Positions 44,747 to 56,500 of a stretch of 64,000 bases of DNA are shown piece after piece. Position numbers and translations under genes: made by a program. The notes under the pieces were generated by a model. The model was given only the letters and a program-made list of their open reading frames with translations, did no database searches and had not been told where the DNA came from. This DNA comes from an uncultured Methanomassiliicoccales archaeon (GTDB lineage: Archaea > Thermoplasmatota > Thermoplasmata > Methanomassiliicoccales > UBA472). Position 1 is the first letter of the stretch; each line of letters opens with the position of its first letter. The stretch spans positions 962,327 through 1,026,326 of the forward strand of contig OW818644.1 of the NCBI GenBank assembly GCA_942492955.1, written 5' to 3'.

Positions 44747-46354
44747 ATGAACGTGTTCTTTGAGCACCCGCTCATCAAGCAAAACGCGGTCGAGCAGCGC
44801 GAATACCAGATCGACCTAGCCAGGCTAGCTCTTCGTTCCAACACGCTCGTCGTGCTGCCCACTGGCATGGGTAAGACCGTGGTCGCCCTCATCGTCATGG
44901 CCAACGTCCTGCAGAAGCGAAAGGGGAAGGTCCTGCTCCTGGCACCGACCAAGCCACTGGTGGACCAGCATGCTTCATTCTTCCGTGAGATGATCGTCGG
45001 AAGATCGGTCACGGTCCTCACCGGTGAGGTGGACCCGGAGGAGCGAGAGGCGCTGTGGATACAGAACGACATCATCGTCTCCACACCGCAGGTGGTCGCC
45101 AACGATCTGAAGAACGATAGGGTCTCGCTCAAGGACGTGCAGCTCATAATCTTCGATGAGGCGCACCGCGCCGTAGGCAGCTACGCATACGTGGCCGTGG
45201 CGCAGGCATACAAGGACTATTGCCGCCTGGTGCTGGGCATGACCGCCTCGCCGGGCGGGAGCAAGGCCAAGATCAAGGAGGTGTGCGAGAGCCTCGGGAT
45301 CGTCGACATCGAGGTCCGAACCGAGTTCGATCCGGACGTGGCGCCGTATGTCCAGGACGTGCAGATGCAGCACATCGAGGTGGACGTCCCGGTCGATCTG
45401 AGGAAGATCATCGCCATACTGTCCTCGCTCTATGACACATACATCAAGGAGCTCACCAACCTGGGAGTGCTGGAGAGGGGGCGGCCGGTCAACATGAGGT
45501 ATCTGCTGGACGTGCAGAACAACCTGCAGGCGCGGCTGCGCTCGGGCGAGAAGAACAAGACCATCTACCGCGCCCTGAGCCTTCAGGCGATGGCGGTGAA
45601 GGTGGAGCACGCGCTCGGACTGGCGGAAACGCAGGGCACATCGTCGCTGAGCGCGTACCTGGAACGTCTGGTCGTCGAGGCGAACTCGGACGAGGGCTCG
45701 AAGGCGTCGAAGGTGGTCGTTTCATCGGAACAGTTCCGGGACGTGCTGGAGCTGATGAAGACCATCAAGTCCGAGCACCCCAAGCTGTCCAAGGTCATGA
45801 GCATCGTCTCCCAGCAGGTGAACGACAAGCCCAACTCCCGGGTGCTGGTGTTCACCCACTACCGGGACACCTGCGACCTGATGGCGAACAAGCTGGCGAC
45901 CATCCCGGGGGTCAAGGTGGCCAAGCTGGTCGGTCAGGCCGACCGAGTGGGCGAGCGGGGACTGAAACAGAAGGACCAGGTGGGAGTTCTGGACAAGTTC
46001 CGGAACGGGGACTACAACGTGGTCGTGGCGACCTCCGTCGGCGAAGAGGGGCTGGACGTGGCCCAGACCGACCTGGTGGTGTTCTACGAACCGGTGGCGT
46101 CCGAGATACGTTCGATCCAGCGGCGGGGCAGGACGGGACGCAAACGCGCCGGCCGGGTGGTCATCCTGATCACCAAGGACACCAGGGATCAAGCGTACTA
46201 TTACGCGAGCATCAAGAAGGAGTCGGCGATGCGCAAGCGGCTGAAAGCGCTGAGCGATGAGCTCAAGGAAGAACGGACCGTGTGCAAGGACGAGGGCCCG
46301 TATTCAGAGAAAAGGCCGACGAAGCAAGGTCAGGCCTCCCTGTTCGATTTCTAG
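44747..46354 (+). CDS. hef: Hef/FANCM/Mph1-like superfamily-2 helicase (helicase-only; no XPF-type nuclease domain in this ORF)
   Basis: REYQIDLA...VLPTGMGKT (motif I), IFDEAHRA (motif II), TAS (motif III), QRRGRTGR (motif VI). The C-terminus ends in a PIP-box-like QASLFDF. Confidence 0.85.
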   Translation: MNVFFEHPLIKQNAVEQREYQIDLARLALRSNTLVVLPTGMGKTVVALIVMANVLQKRKGKVLLLAPTKPLVDQHASFFREMIVGRSVTVLTGEVDPEEREALWIQNDIIVSTPQVVANDLKNDRVSLKDVQLIIFDEAHRAVGSYAYVAVAQAYKDYCRLVLGMTASPGGSKAKIKEVCESLGIVDIEVRTEFDPDVAPYVQDVQMQHIEVDVPVDLRKIIAILSSLYDTYIKELTNLGVLERGRPVNMRYLLDVQNNLQARLRSGEKNKTIYRALSLQAMAVKVEHALGLAETQGTSSLSAYLERLVVEANSDEGSKASKVVVSSEQFRDVLELMKTIKSEHPKLSKVMSIVSQQVNDKPNSRVLVFTHYRDTCDLMANKLATIPGVKVAKLVGQADRVGERGLKQKDQVGVLDKFRNGDYNVVVATSVGEEGLDVAQTDLVVFYEPVASEIRSIQRRGRTGRKRAGRVVILITKDTRDQAYYYASIKKESAMRKRLKALSDELKEERTVCKDEGPYSEKRPTKQGQASLFDF

Positions 46355-46435
46355 GCCCAATTCAACCGGGTCCAGACCCGCACATTCGACCCACCGGATG
46401 AGAGCCTTATATAGGGAAAATCCATTAGACGGGGT

Positions 46436-48196
46436 ATGCTGTTCCGGGAGCTGGTCGACACTTATGAGAGGCTCGAGAAGACATCGAGCCGGCTCGAGAT
46501 GACCGAGATCCTGTCCCAGTTCTTCAAGAAGGCCGATCGCGGTTCTTTGCGGAAGGCCGTCTATCTCACACAAGGGCAGCTTTATCCAGATTTTAACCCC
46601 CAGAAGCTGGGGATGGCGGACAAACAGCTGTTCAAGGCGCTCGCGTTCATTACCAAGAAGGGCGAGTCCACCATTCAAGAAATGATGATCAAGGAAGGCG
46701 ATCCAGGCATGGTGGCCTTCCATTTGATCCCGCGCCGGGCCCAGACCACACTGACCTCCGAACCGCTCACCCTGGATAGGGTCTATGCGGCCTTGGAAAG
46801 GATCGCCGTGTCCGAAGGGGGCGGCTCGCAAGACACTAAAATGAAATTCCTTGCCCGGATCCTCGTGGACGCTGATCCGGAGGAGGCAAAGTACATCTCC
46901 CGCATCGTCACCGGGAAGATGAGGCTGGGCGTGGCGAACATGACGATCATAGACGCGTTGGCGACGGCCTATGCCACGAAGGACGAGAGGGACGTGGTGG
47001 AGAACGGGTTCAATGTCTCGTCCGACCTGGGGCTGGTGGCAGACATCATCCAGGAGAAGGGGATCGAGGGCGTCAGGCAGATGAAGGTCAAGGTCGGGAA
47101 CCCGATCCGGGCCATGCTGGCGGAGAGGCTGCCATCCCCCAAGGAGATACTGGAGAAGATGGGCGGAACGGCGGCGTTCGAGTACAAATACGATGGCGTC
47201 CGCGTCCAAGCGCATATCGACAACGGCAAGGTCACACTGTACTCGAGGAGGCTGGAGGTGCTCACCGACCAGTTCCCCGACGTGGTCAAGGCGATGAAGG
47301 AGTCGTTCAAGGCCAGCAGCGCCATCGTCGAAGGGGAGTGCGTTCCGGTCGACATCAACACCGGCGAGTTCCTTCCGTTCCAGGAAGTATCACATCGTCG
47401 GGGAAGGAAGCATGGCCTTGAGGAGGCCATCGAAGACTATCCGGTCCGCATGTGCCTCTTCGACTGCCTGTACCTCGAGGGAGAGGACATCACCGAGCTT
47501 CCTCTGCTCAAGCGCAGGGCAGCGCTTCAGGCCGCCGTCCAGCCATCGGAGTCGGTGAAGCTCTCGGAGATGCGAGTGCTTTCGGACGAAGCGAGCGTGG
47601 AGAAGTTCTTCACGGAAGCATTGAAGGATGGGTGCGAGGGGCTGATGGCCAAGTCCATTGCCCTCGAATCGGTGTACCGCGCCGGCAGCCGCGGGTTCCT
47701 CTGGATCAAGTACAAGAAGGAATACCGTTCGGAGATGACCGACACGGTGGACCTGGTCGTGGTCGGCGGTTTCGCCGGGAGGGGCAAGCGCAAGGGGTTC
47801 TATGGGGCATTGCTCATGGCCACGTACAATTCGGACGAGGACACGTTCGAGACGGTCTCCAAGCTCGGCAGCGGGTTTGACGATGCCACGCTGGCGTCAA
47901 TGGTCACCCGGCTGGAGAAGTACAAGCTCACGGACAGGCACCATCTGGTCAAGAGCAACATGCAAGCCGACTTCTGGTTCGAGCCGGGCATGGTGCTGGA
48001 AGTGCTCGGGGCGGAGATAACCGTGTCACCCATCCATTCCTGCGCCTTCGGCAAGGTCCGTAAGGACGCTGGCCTGGCAATAAGATTCCCAAGGTTCACC
48101 GGCAAGGTACGGGATGACAAAGGGCCAAGGGAAGCGACCACATCGACTGAGCTGGAGAGCATGTACCGATCCCAGTTGAAGAAGATCGAGGACTGA
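46436..48196 (+). CDS. lig: ATP-dependent DNA ligase
   Basis: Adenylation motif I EYKYDGVRVQ, then EGLMAK and LWIKYKKEY. CTTATATAGG TATA about 25 nt upstream of the ATG. Confidence 0.9.
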   Translation: MLFRELVDTYERLEKTSSRLEMTEILSQFFKKADRGSLRKAVYLTQGQLYPDFNPQKLGMADKQLFKALAFITKKGESTIQEMMIKEGDPGMVAFHLIPRRAQTTLTSEPLTLDRVYAALERIAVSEGGGSQDTKMKFLARILVDADPEEAKYISRIVTGKMRLGVANMTIIDALATAYATKDERDVVENGFNVSSDLGLVADIIQEKGIEGVRQMKVKVGNPIRAMLAERLPSPKEILEKMGGTAAFEYKYDGVRVQAHIDNGKVTLYSRRLEVLTDQFPDVVKAMKESFKASSAIVEGECVPVDINTGEFLPFQEVSHRRGRKHGLEEAIEDYPVRMCLFDCLYLEGEDITELPLLKRRAALQAAVQPSESVKLSEMRVLSDEASVEKFFTEALKDGCEGLMAKSIALESVYRAGSRGFLWIKYKKEYRSEMTDTVDLVVVGGFAGRGKRKGFYGALLMATYNSDEDTFETVSKLGSGFDDATLASMVTRLEKYKLTDRHHLVKSNMQADFWFEPGMVLEVLGAEITVSPIHSCAFGKVRKDAGLAIRFPRFTGKVRDDKGPREATTSTELESMYRSQLKKIED

Positions 48197-48224
48197 ACTG
48201 GATAAAGGGACGATATTCCTATCC

Positions 48225-48947
48225 TCAGCGGTTGTTCCATCCATAAGGATCCCCGACATTCCTCGATCTGGGGGGCTTTGGCGCGTCGAAGAACTGCCAT
48301 ATCTGGATGAGCAGGAACGGCACAGTGAATATTGCGGCTGTGATGATCTTGATCTCCACCGGGAACTCGCTCGGCTGGAATATCAGAAATATCGATGCCG
48401 CTGACATGAGGGCTAGGAACCCTCCGGCGAAAAGCAACATGATGCCTTTGATCAGCTTGCCCATGTAGAAGTGGCCGATCCCCATGAAACCGAGGAAACC
48501 TAATCCGGCCAGGGCCATGGCCATTCTGGGATCTTTGCCACCGCGATACTCAGGCTGTTGATAATGGTATGAGCCATAACCCGGGTTGGGTGGTTGCGGG
48601 ATGGTGTCTTCCTGCCGAGGGTATTGGTTCTGGTAATGTGGGTTAGGGTATGTTGGAGCGGATTGGTTCTGCGGATGCGAGTATGGATTATTGCCTCGGT
48701 ACTGCTGATCCGGCTGCTGGTACCGAAATGATTGCCTTGCATTGGGAGTTCCCGATTCCAGCTTATCTTCATTCTTATTGTTGTGGCCGAACAATTCGTT
48801 TTGGTCCTGTTTGTCTGAGACCATCCTCCCGCACTTGGGGCAGAAGCCGAGATCATTGGTGAATGAGTGCCCGCATCCGATGCAGGTCCTGACACTTGGT
48901 ACATTTGCTACTGGAATCTTGTGAGCGGCGGCGATCGGGGAACCCAT
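48225..48947 (-). CDS. Zinc-ribbon / Pro-Gln-Tyr-rich linker / TM2-domain membrane protein
   Basis: CIGCGHSF...CPKCG zinc ribbon, low-complexity YQQP/NPxY linker, and a TM2-like C-terminus (LAGLGFLGFMGIGHFYMGK). Confidence 0.6.
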   Translation of the reverse strand: MGSPIAAAHKIPVANVPSVRTCIGCGHSFTNDLGFCPKCGRMVSDKQDQNELFGHNNKNEDKLESGTPNARQSFRYQQPDQQYRGNNPYSHPQNQSAPTYPNPHYQNQYPRQEDTIPQPPNPGYGSYHYQQPEYRGGKDPRMAMALAGLGFLGFMGIGHFYMGKLIKGIMLLFAGGFLALMSAASIFLIFQPSEFPVEIKIITAAIFTVPFLLIQIWQFFDAPKPPRSRNVGDPYGWNNR

Positions 48948-48989
48948 CAGTCCACCTTATCCATATTCATATTCCATTCAGTCTCTGGC

Positions 48990-49434
48990 CACTCGGAGGT
49001 CGAAATGATAACGGCCTTGATCCAGTCACCATTTCTGTTTACGCCATGATTGACCATTTGCCCCCACACATACCAAGCTAAGGTCCATCTGAGACATATT
49101 GATTCCGTTCGAAAATGAGATCTTGATGCTGTTTTTGATATTTCTTTGAAATTTGTCTAGCGATCGAGGCAAGGTGAATGCCAGAATCGGGAATGTTATT
49201 GCCTATTATCTACTGGAACTGTCAACTCAGCGGTTGTCGAGGACGATCTGCTCCATGGACACAGGTCACCATCTAACCGCACAATTGATAGTGGTGGGAG
49301 TCATTTGGATATTTGCATTTGGCGTCATCAATGTGATGCTCAAGGTGCTGGACCGGTTCATCCCGATCATGATGACCAAAGACGAGAAACGCAGGCGTCA
49401 TCCGATACTGGGAGACCGCATACTCGTGAGGTGA
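48990..49434 (+). pseudogene. amtB: Probable decayed 3' remnant of an ammonium transporter gene (amtB), spread over more than one frame
   Basis: Frame A gives NGLDPVTISVYAMIDH (compare Amt DDPVGAxSVHG). Frame B gives AQLIVVGVIWIFAFGVINVMLKVLDRFIPI (compare the Amt C-terminal helix QL..i...w.f.....k.....lRV). A +1 frame ends in WETAYS* (compare HGExAY). Sits directly upstream of glnK, as in amtB-glnK operons. Confidence 0.4.
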
Positions 49435-49773
<339 letters not shown>

Positions 49774-49891
49774 GGTTTCATTAACGACGAATGCGAATCT
49801 CAACGATACTGATACGTATCTAAACGGTGTTTAACCGTACTTGTGGCGATGCCCGTCAGTAGGGTCGCCCGGGGATGGGATTCCACGATCC

Positions 49892-51808
49892 ATGCTGAAC
49901 TTCGAGACAGTTGTAGGTAATTCACCAGAAGCGATCGTCGTTTTTGATAGATCGGGGACCATCGTCTATTCGAACAAAGCCACCACCGATCTCCTGGGTT
50001 TCGTTTCTGAGGAGATGGTGGGCAGGAACATCCTGACACTCCTGCAAGAGGACTCACACGACCTCGTTAAGAGCCAGTTGCAGCTTCCAGCATTGGACGA
50101 GAGCGTGCGGCATCGTTATCTTCTCGACATAACGACGGAATCGCGGGAAAGGAAAGCCTGCGACATCGTGACATCGAGGCTCCGATCGAACGATGGTGGA
50201 GAATTGGTCATGGCTTTCGTGCGGGACATGACCGGGATGAAGGCCCTGGAAGTAAAGTATTTCGCGGAACGTGAAAAGTACCTGAACCTGGTGCGAGAAA
50301 GCAGCAGCATGGTCCTGGTCTTGAACAAAGATCTTGTTGTCACCCTGGCGAACAGAGGGTTCAAGGATCGTATGAGGTACCCCGACCAAATGGTCGTTGG
50401 AAAGGATATTCGAGACCTGCGGATCATGGATTCGAAGGTGATCGATGCCGTGAGGGATATTGCCACTTCTTCGGGGGGCGAAGGTCACCGCGGTTTGGAA
50501 TCGGCCGCCTGGACGAATGAAGGTCTCAAGATGTTCGTCTCTTGGTACCTGAGCGCGGTCAAGGAGGAAGACGGCTCAGTGTCTGGAGTGTTGGCAATTG
50601 GGCATGATATAACCTCCAGGTTCCAGTTGGAGGCCCTGTACAGATTGACAAGCAAGATGCTCGAGATCGAGCATGGGATCTCGTATCTCACATCCACTGT
50701 GAATGATTCACGCTTGATGATGACCAGCGCCTTGGACCTCATCCTAAAGATGTATGGGCACGAGGAAGGATTCGCCATGAACACGGCGTCCAAGGCAGAT
50801 CAGTCACTCATAGTCAAGGTTGGAAGCAAGTTGATGCAGGAAGGCATCAACGAATGGACCTCAGGCAAGGTTGACGACCTCTACGAACCCATCTACTACC
50901 CGGAGGACGGGGTAACGGAAGGATGGGAACAGTTCGCTAACGGCCTGAAGAGCATGGCGGTGCTTCCGCTAAGAGGGAAGGAAGGGGCGCTGGGTTACAT
51001 CTGCATCGGTTCCGAGAGGCAGATCACGCTATCACAGAACGAGAAGGACGCGATGGTCGGAGTGATCTCCATGCTCGGATACGCCTATGAGAACATCGGC
51101 CTGGCCGAGAGCCTGCGCAGATCCAAGGAGCAGCTCTCCCTCTTCAACGACATTCTGCTGCATGATATCACCAACTACCTGGTCCCCATGAAGGCGTACC
51201 TCGATCTAATCAAGCAGACAGATTGCAGTGAAAGCAAGAGGCGCGGTTACCTCGACCGGGTCGCTTCAAGCGATACTGCCCTGAACGAATTTGTTCAGGA
51301 TGTAAAACTGCTCATGCATGCGAAGAACACCAAGGCAGAACTCACTACGATTCCTTTGCTCAGCGAGATCAGGAACGCGATCGATGTCTCGGTCAGCCGC
51401 TATGAAGGGTCGGCAGTCCATCTCCTGGCGCCTGATGAAGAGAATATCAGGGTCAAGGCGGACAGTGCCCTGTACCATCTTTTCACGAACCTGATCACCA
51501 ACGCGATCAAGCATTCCTCTCCCAAGCCGGTTGTCGTCAGGGTCTTGGTCAAAAGCAAGAACGTCGTCCAGGTCAGCGTCGAGGACGAGGGGCCAGGCAT
51601 CCCTGATGTTAAGAAGGCAATGGTGTTCGAAAGAGGATTCTCTGAACCGACGAACAAGGTCGCCAAGAGCACCGGCATAGGACTGTCGATCGTGTCTGCA
51701 CTGGTCCAAAAATACCGCGGAAAGGTCCTGGTGGAGGACAGGGTGCCAACGAAACCCGAACTTGGAGCCAGTTTCGTGGTCGAGCTTCAGATGGCGGACG
51801 ACCCTTGA
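49892..51808 (+). CDS. Cytoplasmic multi-PAS / GAF-like sensor histidine kinase
   Basis: PAS blocks (SPEAIVVFDRSGTIVYSNKA, MVLVLNKDLVVTLANRG), the phospho-acceptor region FNDILLHDITNYL, and HATPase_c motifs (NLITNAIKHS, DEGPGIP, GIGLSIV). Confidence 0.8.
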   Translation: MLNFETVVGNSPEAIVVFDRSGTIVYSNKATTDLLGFVSEEMVGRNILTLLQEDSHDLVKSQLQLPALDESVRHRYLLDITTESRERKACDIVTSRLRSNDGGELVMAFVRDMTGMKALEVKYFAEREKYLNLVRESSSMVLVLNKDLVVTLANRGFKDRMRYPDQMVVGKDIRDLRIMDSKVIDAVRDIATSSGGEGHRGLESAAWTNEGLKMFVSWYLSAVKEEDGSVSGVLAIGHDITSRFQLEALYRLTSKMLEIEHGISYLTSTVNDSRLMMTSALDLILKMYGHEEGFAMNTASKADQSLIVKVGSKLMQEGINEWTSGKVDDLYEPIYYPEDGVTEGWEQFANGLKSMAVLPLRGKEGALGYICIGSERQITLSQNEKDAMVGVISMLGYAYENIGLAESLRRSKEQLSLFNDILLHDITNYLVPMKAYLDLIKQTDCSESKRRGYLDRVASSDTALNEFVQDVKLLMHAKNTKAELTTIPLLSEIRNAIDVSVSRYEGSAVHLLAPDEENIRVKADSALYHLFTNLITNAIKHSSPKPVVVRVLVKSKNVVQVSVEDEGPGIPDVKKAMVFERGFSEPTNKVAKSTGIGLSIVSALVQKYRGKVLVEDRVPTKPELGASFVVELQMADDP

Positions 51809-51904
51809 GCATCGACCTCCCGAGGCATGGAACGATTCTCCCTGGGGCATCGCCTGGACACTGAGCACATGAATGAGAAAGTTTTATACACACCTCCAAT
51901 ATAG

Positions 51905-52189
51905 GTGGCAGTCATGGAGATCATACAGATAGAGAAGGACAAGGATTCCATCCTTATCCAGATCAAGGAGGCCGACATGACCCTGATCTCTCCTCTGGTC
52001 AAGGAGCTTCTCGAGGACGAACAGGTCTCAGAGGTGAAGTATACCGCTGGACACCCAGATCTGGAGATACCGACTCTTTACGTCAAGGTCAAGAGCGGCA
52101 AGCCCCAAACGGCCTTGAAGAGAGCCGCCAAGTCACTATCCAACGAGTTCAAGGAAGCTCGAGAGAAACTCGAGAAGGACCTGAAGTAG
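51905..52189 (+). CDS. rpoL: DNA-directed RNA polymerase subunit L (Rpo11)
   Basis: About 90 aa with GHPDLEIPTLYVKVKSGKPQTALKRAAKSL, typical of RpoL. Start at GTG 51905 or ATG 51914, with a TATA-like GTTTTATAC upstream. Confidence 0.8.
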   Translation: MAVMEIIQIEKDKDSILIQIKEADMTLISPLVKELLEDEQVSEVKYTAGHPDLEIPTLYVKVKSGKPQTALKRAAKSLSNEFKEAREKLEKDLK

Positions 52190-52191
52190 TC

Positions 52192-53496
52192 ATGGTCTAT
52201 TCCGAGAACCCCAACCGTGAGCGGGAGATCGGTATTGAGGTCTTTTATACTTCGTCCAGAGGGACAGGTGGACGCCTCAAGGTCAATTATGACGACTTCA
52301 TCGTCGATGAGGTTTCAATTCTCCCGGAGCCGATGGAAAATGGAAAGTATGCCATCGCCAAGATAACCTCCACCAACTGGGAAACGAACCGCCTGGTGCG
52401 GATGATATCCAGGAATCTGGGCATCACCCGGAATAAGATCACGTTCGCCGGCACGAAGGACAAGCGCGCGGTCACGTCGCAGCTTTTCTCCATCGAAGCC
52501 CCGGTCGAGGCGGTGCGCGCGTTGAGCATGCACCAGGTGGTCGTCGAGGATGTCTATGCTTCGAAGAAGCACATCACCATCGGCGACCTTATCGGCAATT
52601 CATTCCGCATCAAGTTACGCGACACGGCTCTCAAGGGAGATGAGATGGCTAACGCCGTCGAACAGACAAGAAAAGAGCTCGAGACGCTTGGCGGATTTCC
52701 CAACTTCTTCGGGGTGCAGCGGTTCGGGGCGATCAGGCCGGTCACGCATCTGGTCGGCAAGCACATCGTTCACGGTGACTTCGAAAAGGCGGTCATGATC
52801 TACATCGGCAACCCGAACGATGAGGAGGACGAGTGTTCGCGCCTTCCCCGCCAGCGTCTCCAGGAGACCATGGATTTCGAGACGGCGATGCAGGAGTTCC
52901 CGCGTACACTGACATTCGAGCGCATGCTCATCGGCTGGGTTCTCCGCAACCCAGGTGACTGGTCCGGCGCGATCAGGACGCTGCCTCCGAACCTGCAGAT
53001 GATGTTCGTGCATGCCTACCAGTCATACCTGTTCAACCTCATACTCAGCGAACGGATCAGGCGCGGCATCCCGCTGGACCGCCCGATCGTCGGCGACGTG
53101 GTCCTGCCGGCCGACAGGAGCGGCTATGCCGATCATGACAAGCCCGTGCCGGTGACCAAGTTCAACCTGGACCTGGTGGAGAAGAGCGTGCGCGAGCACA
53201 AAGCGTACGTCTCCGGGGTCCTGTTCGGCTCGGAGTCGAAGTTCGCCGAAGGCGAGATGGGAGAGATCGAGCGCGACGTCATCACCACGGAAGGGGTCGA
53301 GCTCAAGGACTTCATCGTCCCGCAGATCGCCGAGTGCAACTCCAGAGGGTCCCGCCGGGAACTGCTCTCGCCGTTCAAGGACCTCAAACTGCAGTGCGCC
53401 GAAGATACCGTGGACATGGCGTTCACCTTGGGTAAGGGCTGCTATGCCACGGTCATGCTGCGGGAGTTCATGAAATCGGACCTGCTCGATTATTGA
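52192..53496 (+). CDS. truD: tRNA pseudouridine synthase TruD/Pus7 family
   Basis: Catalytic motif FAGTKDKRAVTSQ, plus FFGVQRFG. Confidence 0.85.
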   Translation: MVYSENPNREREIGIEVFYTSSRGTGGRLKVNYDDFIVDEVSILPEPMENGKYAIAKITSTNWETNRLVRMISRNLGITRNKITFAGTKDKRAVTSQLFSIEAPVEAVRALSMHQVVVEDVYASKKHITIGDLIGNSFRIKLRDTALKGDEMANAVEQTRKELETLGGFPNFFGVQRFGAIRPVTHLVGKHIVHGDFEKAVMIYIGNPNDEEDECSRLPRQRLQETMDFETAMQEFPRTLTFERMLIGWVLRNPGDWSGAIRTLPPNLQMMFVHAYQSYLFNLILSERIRRGIPLDRPIVGDVVLPADRSGYADHDKPVPVTKFNLDLVEKSVREHKAYVSGVLFGSESKFAEGEMGEIERDVITTEGVELKDFIVPQIAECNSRGSRRELLSPFKDLKLQCAEDTVDMAFTLGKGCYATVMLREFMKSDLLDY

Positions 53497-53519
53497 ACTG
53501 CCCTGATCGTTTTAGCATC

Positions 53520-56500
53520 CTATAGCCTGGACCAGTCCTTGGACTGCCGGTCCTCCTCGGATTCCGGGACCGCTTCGGGTTCCTCACCCTGGCTCTCCTC
53601 CAGTATGGCCCTCGGGTCCTTCTTCGGTGCGGCAGCCTTCTTCACCTTGACCGCACCCTCGATAGGCGCGTGGCAGCGTGGGCACAGCCCACCCCGGACA
53701 CACTCCTCGCAAAGCAGCGATGAGCACTTGGAACACGCCGTCACCGCCGCCTCGCCGTGGAACAGGCACCTCCTTCCCTGAACGTCGGCGGCCTCCACCT
53801 TTGCCACCGGGCGCTTCTCTGGATTGTAGAACGTCTGATAAAGGTCCTTCTGCTCGTCCCCGAACATGATCGGTTCCCGAGAGGACTTCTTTTCCATCAC
53901 CGGGACGCCGGATTCCACCTGATACTCGACAACTGGGGCCTGCTTCGGCTCCGGCCGGGCCCGCCTGGGCCTCTGCTCCGGTAACGCGACCGGCTCCTCC
54001 GATTCCACCCATTCCTTCGGATTGACCGGCCTGTGCTTCAGCTTGGGCGCCTCTTCCGCCTCGACCGGTGCCTGCTTGGGCTCGTTGGTCCTCAGCGTCT
54101 TGATGACGGACATGAGGCGACGCGCGGTGAATATGCCAACGCCCAACGTCTCGATGATCCCCATCACGTTCCGCTTCTCGTCCGGAAGGTTCATGGCCGT
54201 CCGCAGGAGCTTCTCCGTTCTGGCGTCCATGATGGTGTGGGACATGTCCATCTTGTTGACCCTCTCCACATAGCTGAGCACCTTCTTGGCCCGGACGATG
54301 TCCTTGCCCGGTAGGGCCATCATGACGTCAGAGAGCCCGAGACCGCTCTCCTTCACCCGGGGATTGCGGGCAGCCGCCATGAGCACGTAGCGTGAATCTT
54401 CCTCGTATTGGTCCAGGTCAGCGTCGTTCAGCAGCTCCACGTTGACCGGTTCCCGCTGGTCCAGGAACGTTGAGACCTCGTCCAGGCTGTTATACGGGAT
54501 GCCGCATTCCTTGAACATCTCCTCCTTGGACATGCGGCGGTTCTGCCGGTACTCGCATTCCAGAACGCTCGTCGCCTGATTGAGGACCTCGATCTCATGC
54601 AGTTTCTGCTCCGCCACCTTCAGCGAATCCCTGGCCTGATCGAAGTTCGGGTTGAGCTCCAGCGCTGTCCTCAGTGAGTCCTGCGCTTCGGCGTAACGAC
54701 GCAATTTTAGAAATGATACGCCCCGCCCGAAATAGGCGAACGGGTCGGACTGGTCCAATGCGATCGCGCCATCGTAGCTCTTGATCGCCTCTTCCGGGCG
54801 CACCAGCCTCTGGCAGATGTCTCCCTTCTCCATCAGCATGCGCTTGTTCTTGGGGTCGCAGGCCAACGCCTTCTTGATCGCCTCATAGGCGTTCGTTGGG
54901 TCATCCAGCTGCATCCGGATCACCGCGATGCGCTCCCACGCGCTGGCATCGGAGGGGTCCAGGGCAACCGCCCTGAGGAACGAGTCCAATGCGTCATTGT
55001 AGCGCTTCAGCTCCTCCAACGCACGGCCCTTCGCCTTGTAGATGCCCTGTTCCTCTGCGCCCAGCTCCAGCGCCCGGTTCAGACAGACCACGCAATCCTG
55101 GAACTGGCCCAGCTTGAACATGACGTTGCCCTTGTACTTCCACACCTGGGGGTCGCCCTTGTCCACCGCCAATGCGGCATCGAACGCGTCCACCGCCTCG
55201 GACAGATTGCCGAGGGAGGCCAGGGCGCGGCCCCGGTCGCTCTGGAAGCGCGCGTTGCCGGGCTGCGCCGACACGCACTGGTCGAAGACCTGCAGGGCTC
55301 TTTCGTAGTCCCGCATCAGCAGGTATGCCCGACCCTTGTTGTTGAGTGGCATCAGGTCAGAGTTGTCCAAGGCGAACGTCCGGTCGAACTCGACCACCGC
55401 GTCCGCGTAACGGCCCAATCCGATGAGGACGAGACCCTTGCGGTTGTGCAGCTCCTTGTCCCGGTCGTCCACGGCCAACGCCATGGAATAGGTGTCGTTG
55501 GCCTCGGCCAGGCTCCCCAACCGCTCCAACGCGAAGGCTTTGTCCATCATCGCCGGCTTGTCGCTCGGTGCCACTTTTAGTATCGAATCGCAAACATCGA
55601 TGATCTCCTCGGCCACACCCTTGGCCACCACCGAGGTCTTCTTGTAGTTGAGAATGACCACGTTGCCAGGCTCCATGCCCAGCGCCGCGTCGAAGGATTC
55701 TATGGCGTCGTCGAAGCGGGACAGCCGGTGCGACGCCACTCCCAGGTCGACATAGGCGTTGCGGTTCTTCCCGTCCAGTTTGATTATCCGGTTGCAGACC
55801 TTGACCAGTTCCTCGAGGCGGTCGGTGTGTTTGAGCGAGATCTTCTTCATCTCGAGTAGCCCGACGTCCTTGGGTGCCAGCTCCAAGGCCTTGTCGAAGG
55901 ATCTGATGGCTGACTCGTGATCGTCCATCTTCGCCAGCACCTGACCCATGCGAATATGCACGAACTTGTTGCTGGAATCCAGTCGCAATGCCTCCTCGTA
56001 GCAATCAAGCGCCTGTGGGAAGCGGTGGAGCCATTCCAGGGCTACGCCCTTGCTCAGCCACACGCCCTTGTCCTTGGGGTCGATCGCCAGCGCCTCATCG
56101 TAGGAGGCGACCGCTTCCTCGAACCTTTTGGCATTCTCCAGGGCCAGTCCGCGGGAGTAGATGAGCCGTTTTTCGCCGGGCGACAGCTTGACCGCATTCG
56201 TGAACGATGTGACCGCGTCAGCGTAGCGTTTCAGGGCGAAGTTGCTGTCCCCCTGCACCCTCCAGAAAGCCACCTGGTTCGGGTACATCTGGGTTCCAAG
56301 AGTGGAGCGGGCCAGCGATTCCTCGAAACGGCCCATTGAATACAATGCAAGCGACAGGTCCTTGAGATTGTCCTTGTCGTCAGGGTCCAATGCCATGACC
56401 TGCTCGTACAGCTCGACGGCATCGTCCTTCCGGTTCATCCGGTCCAGGGCGACAGCCTTGTCGAACAGCGCCCCTTCGTTGACCGGGTTGACTTTCAATA

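Noticed and set aside
46304-47215. 303-aa minus-strand ORF.
   Set aside because: It is antisense to the DNA ligase gene, which has unambiguous ligase motifs.
49153-49434. 93-aa plus-strand ORF treated as a bona fide gene.
   Set aside because: Only its C-terminal part is protein-like, and that part resembles the last helix of Amt transporters. The N-terminal part is AT-rich with odd composition. It is better explained as part of an amtB relic.
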